The position numbers and the translations under genes were made by a program. 36,223 nucleotides of DNA from Alphaproteobacteria bacterium UBA1254 (lineage in GTDB: Bacteria; Pseudomonadota; Alphaproteobacteria; RF32; CAG-239), in contig DBVW01000010.1 in NCBI GenBank assembly GCA_002308495.1, positions 45,555-81,777 of the forward strand. Direction: 5' to 3'. Positions 24,342-33,757 of this stretch are shown in pieces. The notes under the pieces are model-generated. The model was not told where the DNA came from, ran no database searches, and worked only from the letters and a program-made list of their open reading frames with translations. The number at the start of each line of letters is the position of its first letter. Position 1 is the stretch's first letter.

Positions 24342-25865
24342 ATGGAAAATACTGAAAACATGCCAAGACCTGAAATCGTGCTCGTTGCAGACGCCGTTGC
24401 ACGTGAAAAAAACATTGATAAAGAAGATGTTTTTGTTGCTATGGAAATTGCCATTCAAAAGGCAGGTCGTTCGCGTTACGGTGCCGAACACGATATCAGA
24501 GCGAGCATTGACCGCAAAACGGGTGCAATCACGTTAGCGCGTTATCGTGAAGTTGTCGAAAATGATGCCGAAATCGAAAACGAGGCGGCACAACTTCGCT
24601 TAAAAGATGCGAAAAAAATTCAAAAAGACATCAAAGTCGGCGAGTTTATTGTTGATGTTTTGCCGCCGGTTGACTTCGGTCGTATTGCGGCGCAAACGGC
24701 AAAACAGGTTATCGTTCAAAAGGTTCGTGATTCGGAGCGCAATCGTCAATATGAAGAATATAAAGAAAAAATCGGCACGATTGTGAACGGCACGGTTAAA
24801 CGTATTGAATTCGGCAATGTAATTGTAGATATCGGCAAGACGGAAGCCGTTTTACGCCGCGATGAAATCATTCCGAGAGAAAAATTCAAAAACGGCGACC
24901 GTATCAGAGCCTATGTCTTGGATGTTCGTCGCGAAACACGCGGTCCTCAGATTTTCTTATCACGCACATGTCCCGAATTTATGGCAAAACTCTTTACCTC
25001 GGAAGTGCCTGAAATTTATGACGGTATCGTTCAAATTATGGGTGTGGCTCGTGATCCGGGTTCTAAAGCAAAAATTGCCGTTAAGGCAAATGATATGACA
25101 ATCGATCCGGTCGGCGCATGCGTCGGTCTGCGCGGTATTCGTGTTCAGGCTGTTGTTACAGAGTTGCAGGGTGAAAAGATAGATATCGTGCCTTACTCGG
25201 AAGATAAAGCGCAATATTTGGTTGCGGCTTTGGCGCCTGCCGAGGTGACAAAGGTTGTTATTGATGAAGAAACGGGGCGTATGGAAGCCGTCGTTCCTGA
25301 AGAACAATTTTCGATTGCCATCGGTCGCCGCGGCCAAAACGTCAAATTGGCATCTCAATTGATGGGTGCGGATATTGATGTCTTAACCGAAGCTCAAGAG
25401 CAAGAGCGCCGTGCAAACGAAAACAAAGTTCGCTTAAATCGCTTTATGGAAGCTTTGGACGTTGATGATATGATTGCTCATCTTCTTATCGCCGAAGGCT
25501 TCACAACGGTTGATGAAGTTGCGTTTGTTGATTTGAAAGAACTTTCTGAAATTGAAGGTTTTGATGAAGATATTGCAACCGAGCTTCAAACCAGAGCAAA
25601 AGAGTTCGTTGAAAAACGTAATGCGGAATTTGCAAAGAAGAGCAAAAATTTAGGCATTTCGGATGAATTAAAATCAATGGAAGGTTTAGATCAGGAAATG
25701 ATCATCAAACTTGCTGAAAACAATGTCAAAACGCTTGATGATTTGGCTGATTTGGCAGGTGATGAACTGGTTGAAATCTTGGGCGAAAACGTCATTTCGT
25801 TAACGGAAGCAAACCGTATCATTATGGCGGCGCGCGAACATTGGTTTGAAGACGAAGAAAAATAA
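24342..25865 (+). CDS. nusA: Transcription termination/antitermination factor NusA
   Basis: FGRIAAQTAKQVI; S1 and KH domains (ARDPGSKAK, AIGRRGQNV); C-terminal acidic repeats. Confidence 0.98.
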   Translation: MENTENMPRPEIVLVADAVAREKNIDKEDVFVAMEIAIQKAGRSRYGAEHDIRASIDRKTGAITLARYREVVENDAEIENEAAQLRLKDAKKIQKDIKVGEFIVDVLPPVDFGRIAAQTAKQVIVQKVRDSERNRQYEEYKEKIGTIVNGTVKRIEFGNVIVDIGKTEAVLRRDEIIPREKFKNGDRIRAYVLDVRRETRGPQIFLSRTCPEFMAKLFTSEVPEIYDGIVQIMGVARDPGSKAKIAVKANDMTIDPVGACVGLRGIRVQAVVTELQGEKIDIVPYSEDKAQYLVAALAPAEVTKVVIDEETGRMEAVVPEEQFSIAIGRRGQNVKLASQLMGADIDVLTEAQEQERRANENKVRLNRFMEALDVDDMIAHLLIAEGFTTVDEVAFVDLKELSEIEGFDEDIATELQTRAKEFVEKRNAEFAKKSKNLGISDELKSMEGLDQEMIIKLAENNVKTLDDLADLAGDELVEILGENVISLTEANRIIMAAREHWFEDEEK

Positions 25866-25886
25866 TTTTCTTTGAAGGTTTTAAGA

Positions 25887-26456
25887 ATGGAAACAGAGCT
25901 CCAAAGAAAATGTGTTGTTACGGGACAGGTTAAACCGCAGGACGAATTGTTGCGTTTTGTGAAAACCCCTGACAGCTGTCTTGTGCCCGACTTTGCTAAA
26001 AAGCTTGATGGGCGGGGGCTCTATGTTTTAAATTCAAAAACAGCTTTAAAAACGGCTTTGGATAAAAATTTATTTATCAAATCGATTCATTCGTTTTTAA
26101 AAATTCCGGAAGATTTTTTAAGTCAGGTAGAACATTTATTATATCAGAGAGGTTTGGACACACTTAATCTGGCACGCAAAGCGGGCGCTTTGGTAACAGG
26201 TTTTGAAAAAGTAAAGGCAAATATTTTAAAAAATAAAGTGGCTTTTGTGGTCGAAGCGGTTGATGCATCAGATGACAGCAGCCAAAAAATTGCGGCCGTT
26301 TCAAAAAATCTTGAAACATTGAAGGTTTATACAAGCCAAGATTTGGATACGGCTTTGAGCAAAGAAAGTACGGTATATACCGCAGTTTTAAAAAGCGGTA
26401 TTGCTCCGACGGTTTATAAAAATATTAAAAGGTATCAAACCTTTCTTCAAAATTGA
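25887..26456 (+). CDS. YlxR/DUF448 - L7Ae fusion RNA-binding protein
   Basis: RKCVVTG, LLRFV, GRGLYV, then [15 protein letters not shown]; located between nusA and infB. Confidence 0.88.
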   Translation: METELQRKCVVTGQVKPQDELLRFVKTPDSCLVPDFAKKLDGRGLYVLNSKTALKTALDKNLFIKSIHSFLKIPEDFLSQVEHLLYQRGLDTLNLARKAGALVTGFEKVKANILKNKVAFVVEAVDASDDSSQKIAAVSKNLETLKVYTSQDLDTALSKESTVYTAVLKSGIAPTVYKNIKRYQTFLQN

Positions 26457-26473
26457 CTGGGAGAAGAAATTAC

Positions 26474-28978
26474 ATGGCAGATGAAGGCAATACAAAAACA
26501 AAACTAACACTATCTTTGAAACCGACGTTAACTTTAAAAAATCCGGTTAAATCAGGTTCGGAAGGCGGTAAAAAAATCGTGCAGGTTGAAGTGCGTAAAA
26601 AGCGCACCATTTCAACAACTTCAACGCCTGAAACCAAGAAAGAGATTGATGAAGCAACGGCTCAAAAATTAAAATTGATTGCTCAAGCTAAAGAGCATGA
26701 AGCTCAGCGTCAAAAAGAAGAAGAAGAAAAAGAGGTTGTTCGTCAGCAAATTAAGGCTGAGAAAAAACGTGAAGCGGAAGAGCTTGAAGAACAAAAGAAA
26801 GAAGCCGAGAAAAAGGCGGCGGAAGAAGCACGCAAACTTGAGGCGGCCAAACAAAAAGAAAAATCTTTTGCCAATAGTGCCCCTAAATCTCAAAGCGGCA
26901 ATGATGACGAAAAATCACATAAAAAAGATAAAAAATCTTACGATTATGATGATGAAGATGAGGATGAAAATCCTTCTTATAAAAAAGATAAAAAATCTGT
27001 ATCAAACGCCTCTAAACCGCTCACGAAAGAAGAAACTTTTGAGCAGGAACGCAAAAAGATTCAAAAACGCAGTTTTGAGCAACCGCGCCGTAACAACAAA
27101 ATCAATCTCAATTCTTATATGAATTCCGATGAAGATGATGATTACGGCTTCGGTGCGCCCCGTCGTCATTTCAAGAAAAAACAGCCGAAATCGGTTGAAA
27201 CATCACAACCTCAGGAAAAGATTATCAAAGAAGTTGTCATTCCCGAAGTCATTACGGTTCAAGAACTGGCAAACCGTATGGCTGAAAAGAGCGCGGATGT
27301 CATTAAAAAGCTGATGACGCTCGGCGTTATGGCCACCATCAACCAGCCGATTGATGCGGATACGGCTCAAATCGTTGTCGAAGAAATGGGACACAAATTC
27401 AAACGTGTGGCAGACAGTGATGTTGAAGAAGGCTTAAGCGGTCCGAAAGACGAAGTTTCCGATTTGTTGCCTCGTCCTCCTGTCGTAACGGTTATGGGAC
27501 ACGTTGACCACGGTAAAACGTCGCTTCTTGATGCGCTTCGTGAAACAAACGTTGTCGCCAAAGAAGCAGGCGGTATTACACAGCATATCGGTGCTTATCA
27601 AATTGAAGTTGCAAACGGTCAAAAAATTACGTTTATTGACACTCCGGGTCACGAGGCCTTTTCCGAAATGCGTTCGCGCGGTGCGAAAGTAACGGATATC
27701 GTTGTCTTGGTTGTAGCGGCCAATGACGGCATCATGCCGCAAACGATTGAAGCTATTCGCCATGCCCAAGCGGCTGAAGTTCCGATTGTTGTGGCTATTA
27801 ACAAAATAGATTTGCCGGGGGCAGATCCGATGCGTGTGAAAACGGAGCTTTTGCAACACGGTATCGCTGTCGAAGAAATGGGCGGTGAAAGCTTGTGTGC
27901 CGAAGTATCTGCCAAAAAGCGCATCAATATTGAAAAATTGGTAGAAGCCATTCTGTTACAGGCTGAAATTTTGGATTTGAAAGCCAATCCGAACCGCAAA
28001 GGCGAAGGCTCTGTCATTGAAGCGAAAATGGAAAAAGGCCGCGGTAGCGTGGCAACGGTTTTGGTTCAAAACGGCACATTAAAAATCGGCGATATCTTTA
28101 TTGCCGGCAAAGAATGGGGCCATGTGAGAGCAATGTTCAACGAACACGGCAAAAAGGTTTTGGAAGCCACGCCGGCAACGCCTGTTGAGGTTTTGGGCTT
28201 GCAAGGAACGCCGGCTGCGGGTGATAATTTCATTGTGGTCAAAGATGAGGCTCAAGCCAAAGAAGTTACTTCTTACCGTATCCGAAAAGAGCGCGAAACG
28301 AAACTCGTCAAGAGCGCAAAATCGGCAATGGAACAAATGCTTGATAAAATTAAATCAGGCGAGTCGAAACATTTAGCCGTCATTATCAAAGCAGACGTTC
28401 AAGGTTCGGTTGAAGCTATTGAAGGGGCTATTACGAAATTCTCGAACGAAGAAGTTTCCGTTCAAATTTTGCACTCGGCAGTCGGTCCGATTTCCGAATC
28501 TGATGTTACACTTGCCAAGGCTTCAAACGCATTTATCATCGGCTTTAATGTCAGAGCGAACCCTCAAGCGCGTGATATGGCGCGCCGCGATGGCATAGAT
28601 ATCAAATACTATTCGATTATTTATGATGTCGTTGATGATGTTAAGAAAGGTCTTGAAGGTTTGCTTTCACCGGAAATTAAAGAAAAGATTTTGGGTTATG
28701 CCGAAATTCGCACAGTCTTCAACATTACGGGTGTCGGCAAAGTCGGCGGATGTATGGTTACGGAAGGTCTTGTCAAACGCGGTTCAAAAGTTCGTTTGCT
28801 CCGTGATAACGTCGTCATTCATAACGGCAACTTGGCACAGCTCAAACGCTTTAAAGAAGATGTGAAAGAAGTTCGCGAAGGCTATGAATGCGGTATGAGC
28901 TTTGAAAATTATAACGATATTCAAGTCGGTGACTATATTGAGTGTTACGAACTTGAAACAATCGCGGCAAAATTGTAG
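26474..28978 (+). CDS. infB: Translation initiation factor IF-2
   Basis: [42 protein letters not shown]; SD GGAG before 26474. Confidence 0.98.
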   Translation: MADEGNTKTKLTLSLKPTLTLKNPVKSGSEGGKKIVQVEVRKKRTISTTSTPETKKEIDEATAQKLKLIAQAKEHEAQRQKEEEEKEVVRQQIKAEKKREAEELEEQKKEAEKKAAEEARKLEAAKQKEKSFANSAPKSQSGNDDEKSHKKDKKSYDYDDEDEDENPSYKKDKKSVSNASKPLTKEETFEQERKKIQKRSFEQPRRNNKINLNSYMNSDEDDDYGFGAPRRHFKKKQPKSVETSQPQEKIIKEVVIPEVITVQELANRMAEKSADVIKKLMTLGVMATINQPIDADTAQIVVEEMGHKFKRVADSDVEEGLSGPKDEVSDLLPRPPVVTVMGHVDHGKTSLLDALRETNVVAKEAGGITQHIGAYQIEVANGQKITFIDTPGHEAFSEMRSRGAKVTDIVVLVVAANDGIMPQTIEAIRHAQAAEVPIVVAINKIDLPGADPMRVKTELLQHGIAVEEMGGESLCAEVSAKKRINIEKLVEAILLQAEILDLKANPNRKGEGSVIEAKMEKGRGSVATVLVQNGTLKIGDIFIAGKEWGHVRAMFNEHGKKVLEATPATPVEVLGLQGTPAAGDNFIVVKDEAQAKEVTSYRIRKERETKLVKSAKSAMEQMLDKIKSGESKHLAVIIKADVQGSVEAIEGAITKFSNEEVSVQILHSAVGPISESDVTLAKASNAFIIGFNVRANPQARDMARRDGIDIKYYSIIYDVVDDVKKGLEGLLSPEIKEKILGYAEIRTVFNITGVGKVGGCMVTEGLVKRGSKVRLLRDNVVIHNGNLAQLKRFKEDVKEVREGYECGMSFENYNDIQVGDYIECYELETIAAKL

Positions 28979-28987
28979 GAGGCTGTC

Positions 28988-29383
28988 ATGGCAGAACATA
29001 AAGAACCTTCTCAGCGTCAGTTGCGTGTTGCCCAAGAAATCAAACGTGTCATTACTTCTGTTTTGGAAAGGGGAGATCTGCGTTCTGAAGATATCCGCAA
29101 TGCTTTTATCACCATCACGGAAGTCCGCGTTTCACCCGATTTGAAATATGTCACGGTTTACGTGATGACCTTAAACGGCAAAAATTTAGGTTTGGTGCTT
29201 GAAATGCTCAATGCCGAAAAAGGTGTTTTCAAAAAACAAATTGCTTCAAAATTACAGCTGAGATACACACCGGACATTTCTTTCAGAGCAGACGACACAT
29301 TTGCCGAAGTTGACCGTATCGAAAAGCTTTTGCGTCATCCGAAAGTTGCTCAAGATTTAAAGAAAACGGAACCCGAGCAATAA
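28988..29383 (+). CDS. rbfA: Ribosome-binding factor A
   Basis: SQRQLRVAQEI, ITEVRVSPDL, LRYTPDISF.D. Confidence 0.95.
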   Translation: MAEHKEPSQRQLRVAQEIKRVITSVLERGDLRSEDIRNAFITITEVRVSPDLKYVTVYVMTLNGKNLGLVLEMLNAEKGVFKKQIASKLQLRYTPDISFRADDTFAEVDRIEKLLRHPKVAQDLKKTEPEQ

Positions 29384-29407
29384 AAAAGACCACCCTTTCG
29401 GGTGGTC
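29382..29407 (-). terminator. Terminator between rbfA and the convergent gene
   Basis: AAAAAAGACCACCC-TTTC-GGGTGGTC (GAAA tetraloop and U-tail on the - strand). Confidence 0.8.
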
Positions 29408-29441
29408 CAAGGAGGAGGAGATGAAAAAACTCTTCAACTAA

Positions 29442-29702
29442 TTATCTTTCAAAGGATTCTTTGGAACGTTTTGCTGCAACAGGTTGTCTCAATTGTTCCA
29501 ACTTTGCTGTCGCCTGCATATCATTATCTGTTACGGCTCCCTTTTCGTGCTTTTTCGCATCCATATATTTGCTGACGACCGATTTCGGATTCCGGCTCTC
29601 CAATTCTATAAGAAGTGACAAAACATTATCCTTTGATTCACCGGAAGCAATAACATTTTCCTTATATTTAGCAAGTTTTTTAAGTATGCCTTTCTCGTTC
29701 AT
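29442..29702 (-). CDS. Small hypothetical protein (86 aa)
   Basis: SD AAGGA before MNEKGIL at 29702; promoter TTGACA-N17-TAAGTT at 29763..29735; terminator downstream. Confidence 0.65.
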   Translation of the reverse strand: MNEKGILKKLAKYKENVIASGESKDNVLSLLIELESRNPKSVVSKYMDAKKHEKGAVTDNDMQATAKLEQLRQPVAAKRSKESFER

Positions 29703-29859
29703 TTTATTTATCCTTATTTGAACTATTTTGTCTAAACTTAACATATAAAAAAGGTTTTGTCAAGTCTTTTTTTTATCCGTGTAAAAGTTTTTTTTGCATT
29801 TTGCAAAAGCAGTTTTTTTGTGTAAATTGATAGCAAATAAAACAAAAAACGGAAGAAAA

Positions 29860-31437
29860 ATGTCATTATTCAAATCGATAGCCACTTTCGGAGGCTTTAC
29901 ACTCATCAGCCGCATGACAGGATTCGTGCGCGATATGGTTTTAGCAAATTTCTTAGGTGCGGGGATGGCATCAGATGCTTTTTTTGTTTCGTTCAAACTG
30001 CCTAACCTGTTCCGAAGTTTGTTCGCCGAAGGTGCGTTTACAAGTGCTTTTGTGCCTCTTTTTTCGCAAAAATTGGTGTCGGAAGGCAAGAAAAAGTCAA
30101 TGTTTTTTGCCTCTCAAGCCGTGTCAATTTTGTTTTTCTTCCTGCTTATTTTTGTCTTAGCCTTTGAAATATTGATGCCGTATGTTGTGCAGGTTTTGGC
30201 GCCGGGTTTTGCGGGAGATGCCGGAAAAATCGAACTGGCAACATCACTGTGCCGCATTACTTTTCCGTTTTTGCTGTTTATTTCAATCGTTTCTTTTCAA
30301 GCAGGTATCTTGAATTCGTTTGAAAAATTTGCGGCACCGGCAACAGCGCCGATTATTTTAAATTTAACAATGATTTTATCCGGTTTCGTTTTTGTTCCGT
30401 TTATGCAAACGCCGGCATACGGTTTTGCGGCGGCAATTACGCTTGCGGGTGTGTTGGAAATTTTTTGGTTAAAATATGCGCTTGATAAAATAGATGTTAA
30501 AATCAAGCCATACGTTCATATCAAAAAAATCATGGAAAAGGACGAAATCAAAACGCTCTTTAAGCGTATCGCACCCGGGGTTGTCGGTGCCGGAATTTAC
30601 CAAATCAACATGGTTGTTGACACGATTTTGGTCTCATTGGTCGGGACAGGCGCTATTTCTTGGCTCTATTACGCGAACAGGCTTCAACAATTGCCGTTGG
30701 GTGTTGTCGGTGCGGCTATCAGCGTGGCGTTGCTTCCGATTTTATCAAAACAACTCAAAGCGCAAAATATGGCGGAAAGCAAACAAACGCAAGATAAAGC
30801 GGTTGAATATGCGGCCTTGCTGTCGATTCCCGCGGCGGTTTTAATGATTGTTTTGGCGCGTCCGATGATTAATGTTCTGTTTGAACACGGTAAATTTACA
30901 TCGGCGGACACGATTAAAACGTCTTATGCACTGATGGCTTATGCTGTCGGTCTGCCGTGTTATGTTTTGGTCAAAGCCTTAATGCCTAACTTTTTTGCCA
31001 GAGGCGATACGGTAACGCCGGTTAAGTTCAGTGCGGTTGTCTTTGCCGTGAACTTTAGCTTTAACTTAATGTTGATGTTGCCGTTCGGGCATGTCGGTAT
31101 TGCATCGGCGACAACCATTGCGGCGTTTGTTTCGCTGTTTCAATACATATACGGTCTTCAAAAACGAGGCTTTTGGCGTTTTTCAAAAGCGCTTGGGTTC
31201 AAAATTTTGAAAATTATGCTGGCTTCGATGGTGATGGGGGGCTTTGTTATCGGGGCTGAGTATGTTCTGAACGCATTGTGCGGCGATTATCTTAAATATC
31301 ATTTCCTGTTTAAATTAGCAATTCTTGGAGCTCTGGGTGCTTGGGGCTTGATCAGTTTCTTCGGTCTTGCCGTTGCGTTGCGTATTTTGAATTTATCCGA
31401 GCTGATGAAAACTTTCTTAAAAAAGGCGAGGGGATAA
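29860..31437 (+). CDS. murJ: Lipid II flippase MurJ (MviN)
   Basis: SRMTGFVRD, DAFFVSFKLPNLFRSLFAEGAF, YYANRLQQLPLG, FFARGDT.TP. Confidence 0.96.
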   Translation: MSLFKSIATFGGFTLISRMTGFVRDMVLANFLGAGMASDAFFVSFKLPNLFRSLFAEGAFTSAFVPLFSQKLVSEGKKKSMFFASQAVSILFFFLLIFVLAFEILMPYVVQVLAPGFAGDAGKIELATSLCRITFPFLLFISIVSFQAGILNSFEKFAAPATAPIILNLTMILSGFVFVPFMQTPAYGFAAAITLAGVLEIFWLKYALDKIDVKIKPYVHIKKIMEKDEIKTLFKRIAPGVVGAGIYQINMVVDTILVSLVGTGAISWLYYANRLQQLPLGVVGAAISVALLPILSKQLKAQNMAESKQTQDKAVEYAALLSIPAAVLMIVLARPMINVLFEHGKFTSADTIKTSYALMAYAVGLPCYVLVKALMPNFFARGDTVTPVKFSAVVFAVNFSFNLMLMLPFGHVGIASATTIAAFVSLFQYIYGLQKRGFWRFSKALGFKILKIMLASMVMGGFVIGAEYVLNALCGDYLKYHFLFKLAILGALGAWGLISFFGLAVALRILNLSELMKTFLKKARG

Positions 31438-32349
31438 ATGATAAAAAAACGAATAATCGATTTTTTGAAAAAAGCGGCAAAAGAGCTTGCCGATTTGTCC
31501 GAAAAAGCCTTTATATACCTGAAAACATCGTGGAAATCCGTTGCTGTGGTTGCACCTGTTTGCGTATTTTTATACTATTTTGCGGGCAGTATGCTGACGG
31601 AAAATATAGATAAAAGCCTTAATTTTGAAATAAAGAAAGCACAGCAAGGATACACGTTTATTCAAACATCAGCCGATTTAATTAAAAGAGAAATTGACGA
31701 CCACATGTTTACGCCGAATCTGCCGTTTATTTTTCCGGCTTCGATTTTGGATAATATGCCCTCATTTCAAAAAGGGCTGATTGAGAGTCTTTCAAATGCA
31801 ATTCATGTGGCCGCGGTTGAATTAAATATCAAAGAACTGAATAAAGCGGATTCTTTTTTGAACTACCCGGCAAATGTGTGGCTTTTTTCAAAAACGGCAG
31901 ACTTTAAATTGGAGCCTTCTTCGACATCTCAATATCGTAAATCAAGGCGAAATTTGCTGCAATTTAATGAAAAAGCGACAGTAAACAAAGACATATTAAT
32001 CAAAATTTTGGAAAGCATCAAAGAAGATTTGACATTCGTTGAGCAAAAACTCCAAAAAGGCATAGATTTAGGAGTTCAAATGAAAGCAGACAACATTTTT
32101 TATCGGGCACAAGGTCATTTATATGCCGATTATATGCTCATTAAATCTGTTCAAAAAGACATGAATTTTGATGCGTCTCAAATATTAAAATCACTTGAAA
32201 AAGCAATTTTAATACAGCCGAAAATGATTCGAAACGGACATTCCGGCAGTTTGACGGTTCCTAATCATTTATTTGAATTAGCATATTTTGTGCTTAAATC
32301 GAAAGTAGCCTTAAACGAAGCGATAAGGAATATCAAAAATGCTGATTGA
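31438..32349 (+). CDS. DUF2333-family membrane-anchored protein
   Basis: N-terminal TM helix; FTPN...LDNMPSFQKG; ADNIFYRAQG; RNG...PNHL. These resemble DUF2333 motifs. Confidence 0.65.
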   Translation: MIKKRIIDFLKKAAKELADLSEKAFIYLKTSWKSVAVVAPVCVFLYYFAGSMLTENIDKSLNFEIKKAQQGYTFIQTSADLIKREIDDHMFTPNLPFIFPASILDNMPSFQKGLIESLSNAIHVAAVELNIKELNKADSFLNYPANVWLFSKTADFKLEPSSTSQYRKSRRNLLQFNEKATVNKDILIKILESIKEDLTFVEQKLQKGIDLGVQMKADNIFYRAQGHLYADYMLIKSVQKDMNFDASQILKSLEKAILIQPKMIRNGHSGSLTVPNHLFELAYFVLKSKVALNEAIRNIKNAD

Positions 32350-32854
32350 GATAGAAGATACATTCAACAAAAATGTCCGAAATTTTTATTTTTCGCGAAC
32401 GGTTTTAGCGCCTTATGAAATTGAGTTTGCGCAAAAAGGAGATAAAAAAACATCAAAGTTACTGCAAAATATTTTAAGTATTGGGCATATAGATAAGGTT
32501 TTGCTCCTTCCGGATATGTTGTTCGTACAAAAAGAGGCTTCATCGGATTGGTCTTTTTTAACACCGCGAATTATGGCAGAGATTGTTGATTACGATTTTA
32601 AAAATTTTAAAAATACACAATCGCAGCAAATTTTATCGCAAATGAATGCATTAATAGAATCTCAGGTACGACCGTATTTACAACGTGACGGAGGCGATAT
32701 AGAAATTATAAAATTTAAAGATGGTGTTTTGTCGGTGCGTTTAAACGGACGCTGTAAAGGTTGTCCTCATGCCGCCGAAACATTAAAAAATGCGGTGGAA
32801 GGCATATTAAAAAAATACATCAAGGATATTCACTCGGTACAAAGGGAAGGTTAA
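32339..32854 (+). CDS. NifU/Nfu-family Fe-S cluster carrier
   Basis: VRPYLQRDGGDIE...LNGRCKGCP (CxxC); degenerate Nfu N-terminal domain. Confidence 0.88.
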   Translation: MLIEIEDTFNKNVRNFYFSRTVLAPYEIEFAQKGDKKTSKLLQNILSIGHIDKVLLLPDMLFVQKEASSDWSFLTPRIMAEIVDYDFKNFKNTQSQQILSQMNALIESQVRPYLQRDGGDIEIIKFKDGVLSVRLNGRCKGCPHAAETLKNAVEGILKKYIKDIHSVQREG

Positions 32855-32855
32855 G

Positions 32856-33755
32856 ATGTTTAAAAAAATATTTATATTTTGCTTGCTTTTCGGTTTTGAG
32901 GTTTTGGCATCCGAGCCCAAGTATTTTGTTGATGAAAGCGGCATATATTTAGTCGATTGCGACACACAAAAACTGACGGAAATGTTCCAAGATTTGTATT
33001 ACGATACTTATATTAATCCCGAGGGCAACGAATATCCGCGTATTTTTGTAAAAAACATTCCGGAAGATTTTGCGCTTCAAACAGATAAAACGGAACGCAA
33101 TCGTATATTTATGAAAATACTTATTCCGCTTGTGTTGAAAATAAATGAAGAAATTTTAGACGAACGCGAAACAATAGAAGCCATTGAATACGATTTTGAA
33201 CAGACGAAAGATTTTGATAAAGCAGATCGGTATTATATTGATAATTTAGCTCAAAAATATGATGTGGTAACACCTTATAAAGATACGCGCAAATATATAA
33301 GATTGTTAAACGGACTGAAAAAGAAGATAGATGTCGTGCCTCCGTCCATTGTCGTTGCCGCAGCTGCAATTTATACCGATTGGGGAACATCGCGTATTGC
33401 GGTTCAGGCGAACAATCTTTTTAAAGCAAAAGTTTGGTTTGAAGAAGAAGGGCTGGAGCCTGTCGAAGATAAGGAGGACGGTTATAAATATAAAATATAT
33501 CCCTCTCTTGAAGCATCTGTCAGAGATTATGTCTTAAAGATAAACAGCAATGTAAATTATGAAACCTTTCGGGAAATACGCGCATTGTCCCGAAAAAATG
33601 AAAATGATTTATATGGAAAACGCATGGACTGGAGCATGATTTTAGACAGCGATTTGCAAAATTTTGCGGGCTTGCTGGACTATACGCTCACATATTATAA
33701 GCTTCACAACATTGATGATGCAAAATTAGAAGAACAATATAAATTTGAGGAATAA
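32856..33755 (+). CDS. Bax-like / GH73 glucosaminidase-domain exported protein, probably catalytically degenerate
   Basis: Signal peptide; FMKILIPLVLKINEEI; IDVVPPS...WGTSR....NNLF; SVRDYVLKINS...YETFREIR. Confidence 0.75.
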   Translation: MFKKIFIFCLLFGFEVLASEPKYFVDESGIYLVDCDTQKLTEMFQDLYYDTYINPEGNEYPRIFVKNIPEDFALQTDKTERNRIFMKILIPLVLKINEEILDERETIEAIEYDFEQTKDFDKADRYYIDNLAQKYDVVTPYKDTRKYIRLLNGLKKKIDVVPPSIVVAAAAIYTDWGTSRIAVQANNLFKAKVWFEEEGLEPVEDKEDGYKYKIYPSLEASVRDYVLKINSNVNYETFREIRALSRKNENDLYGKRMDWSMILDSDLQNFAGLLDYTLTYYKLHNIDDAKLEEQYKFEE

Positions 33756-33757
33756 AA

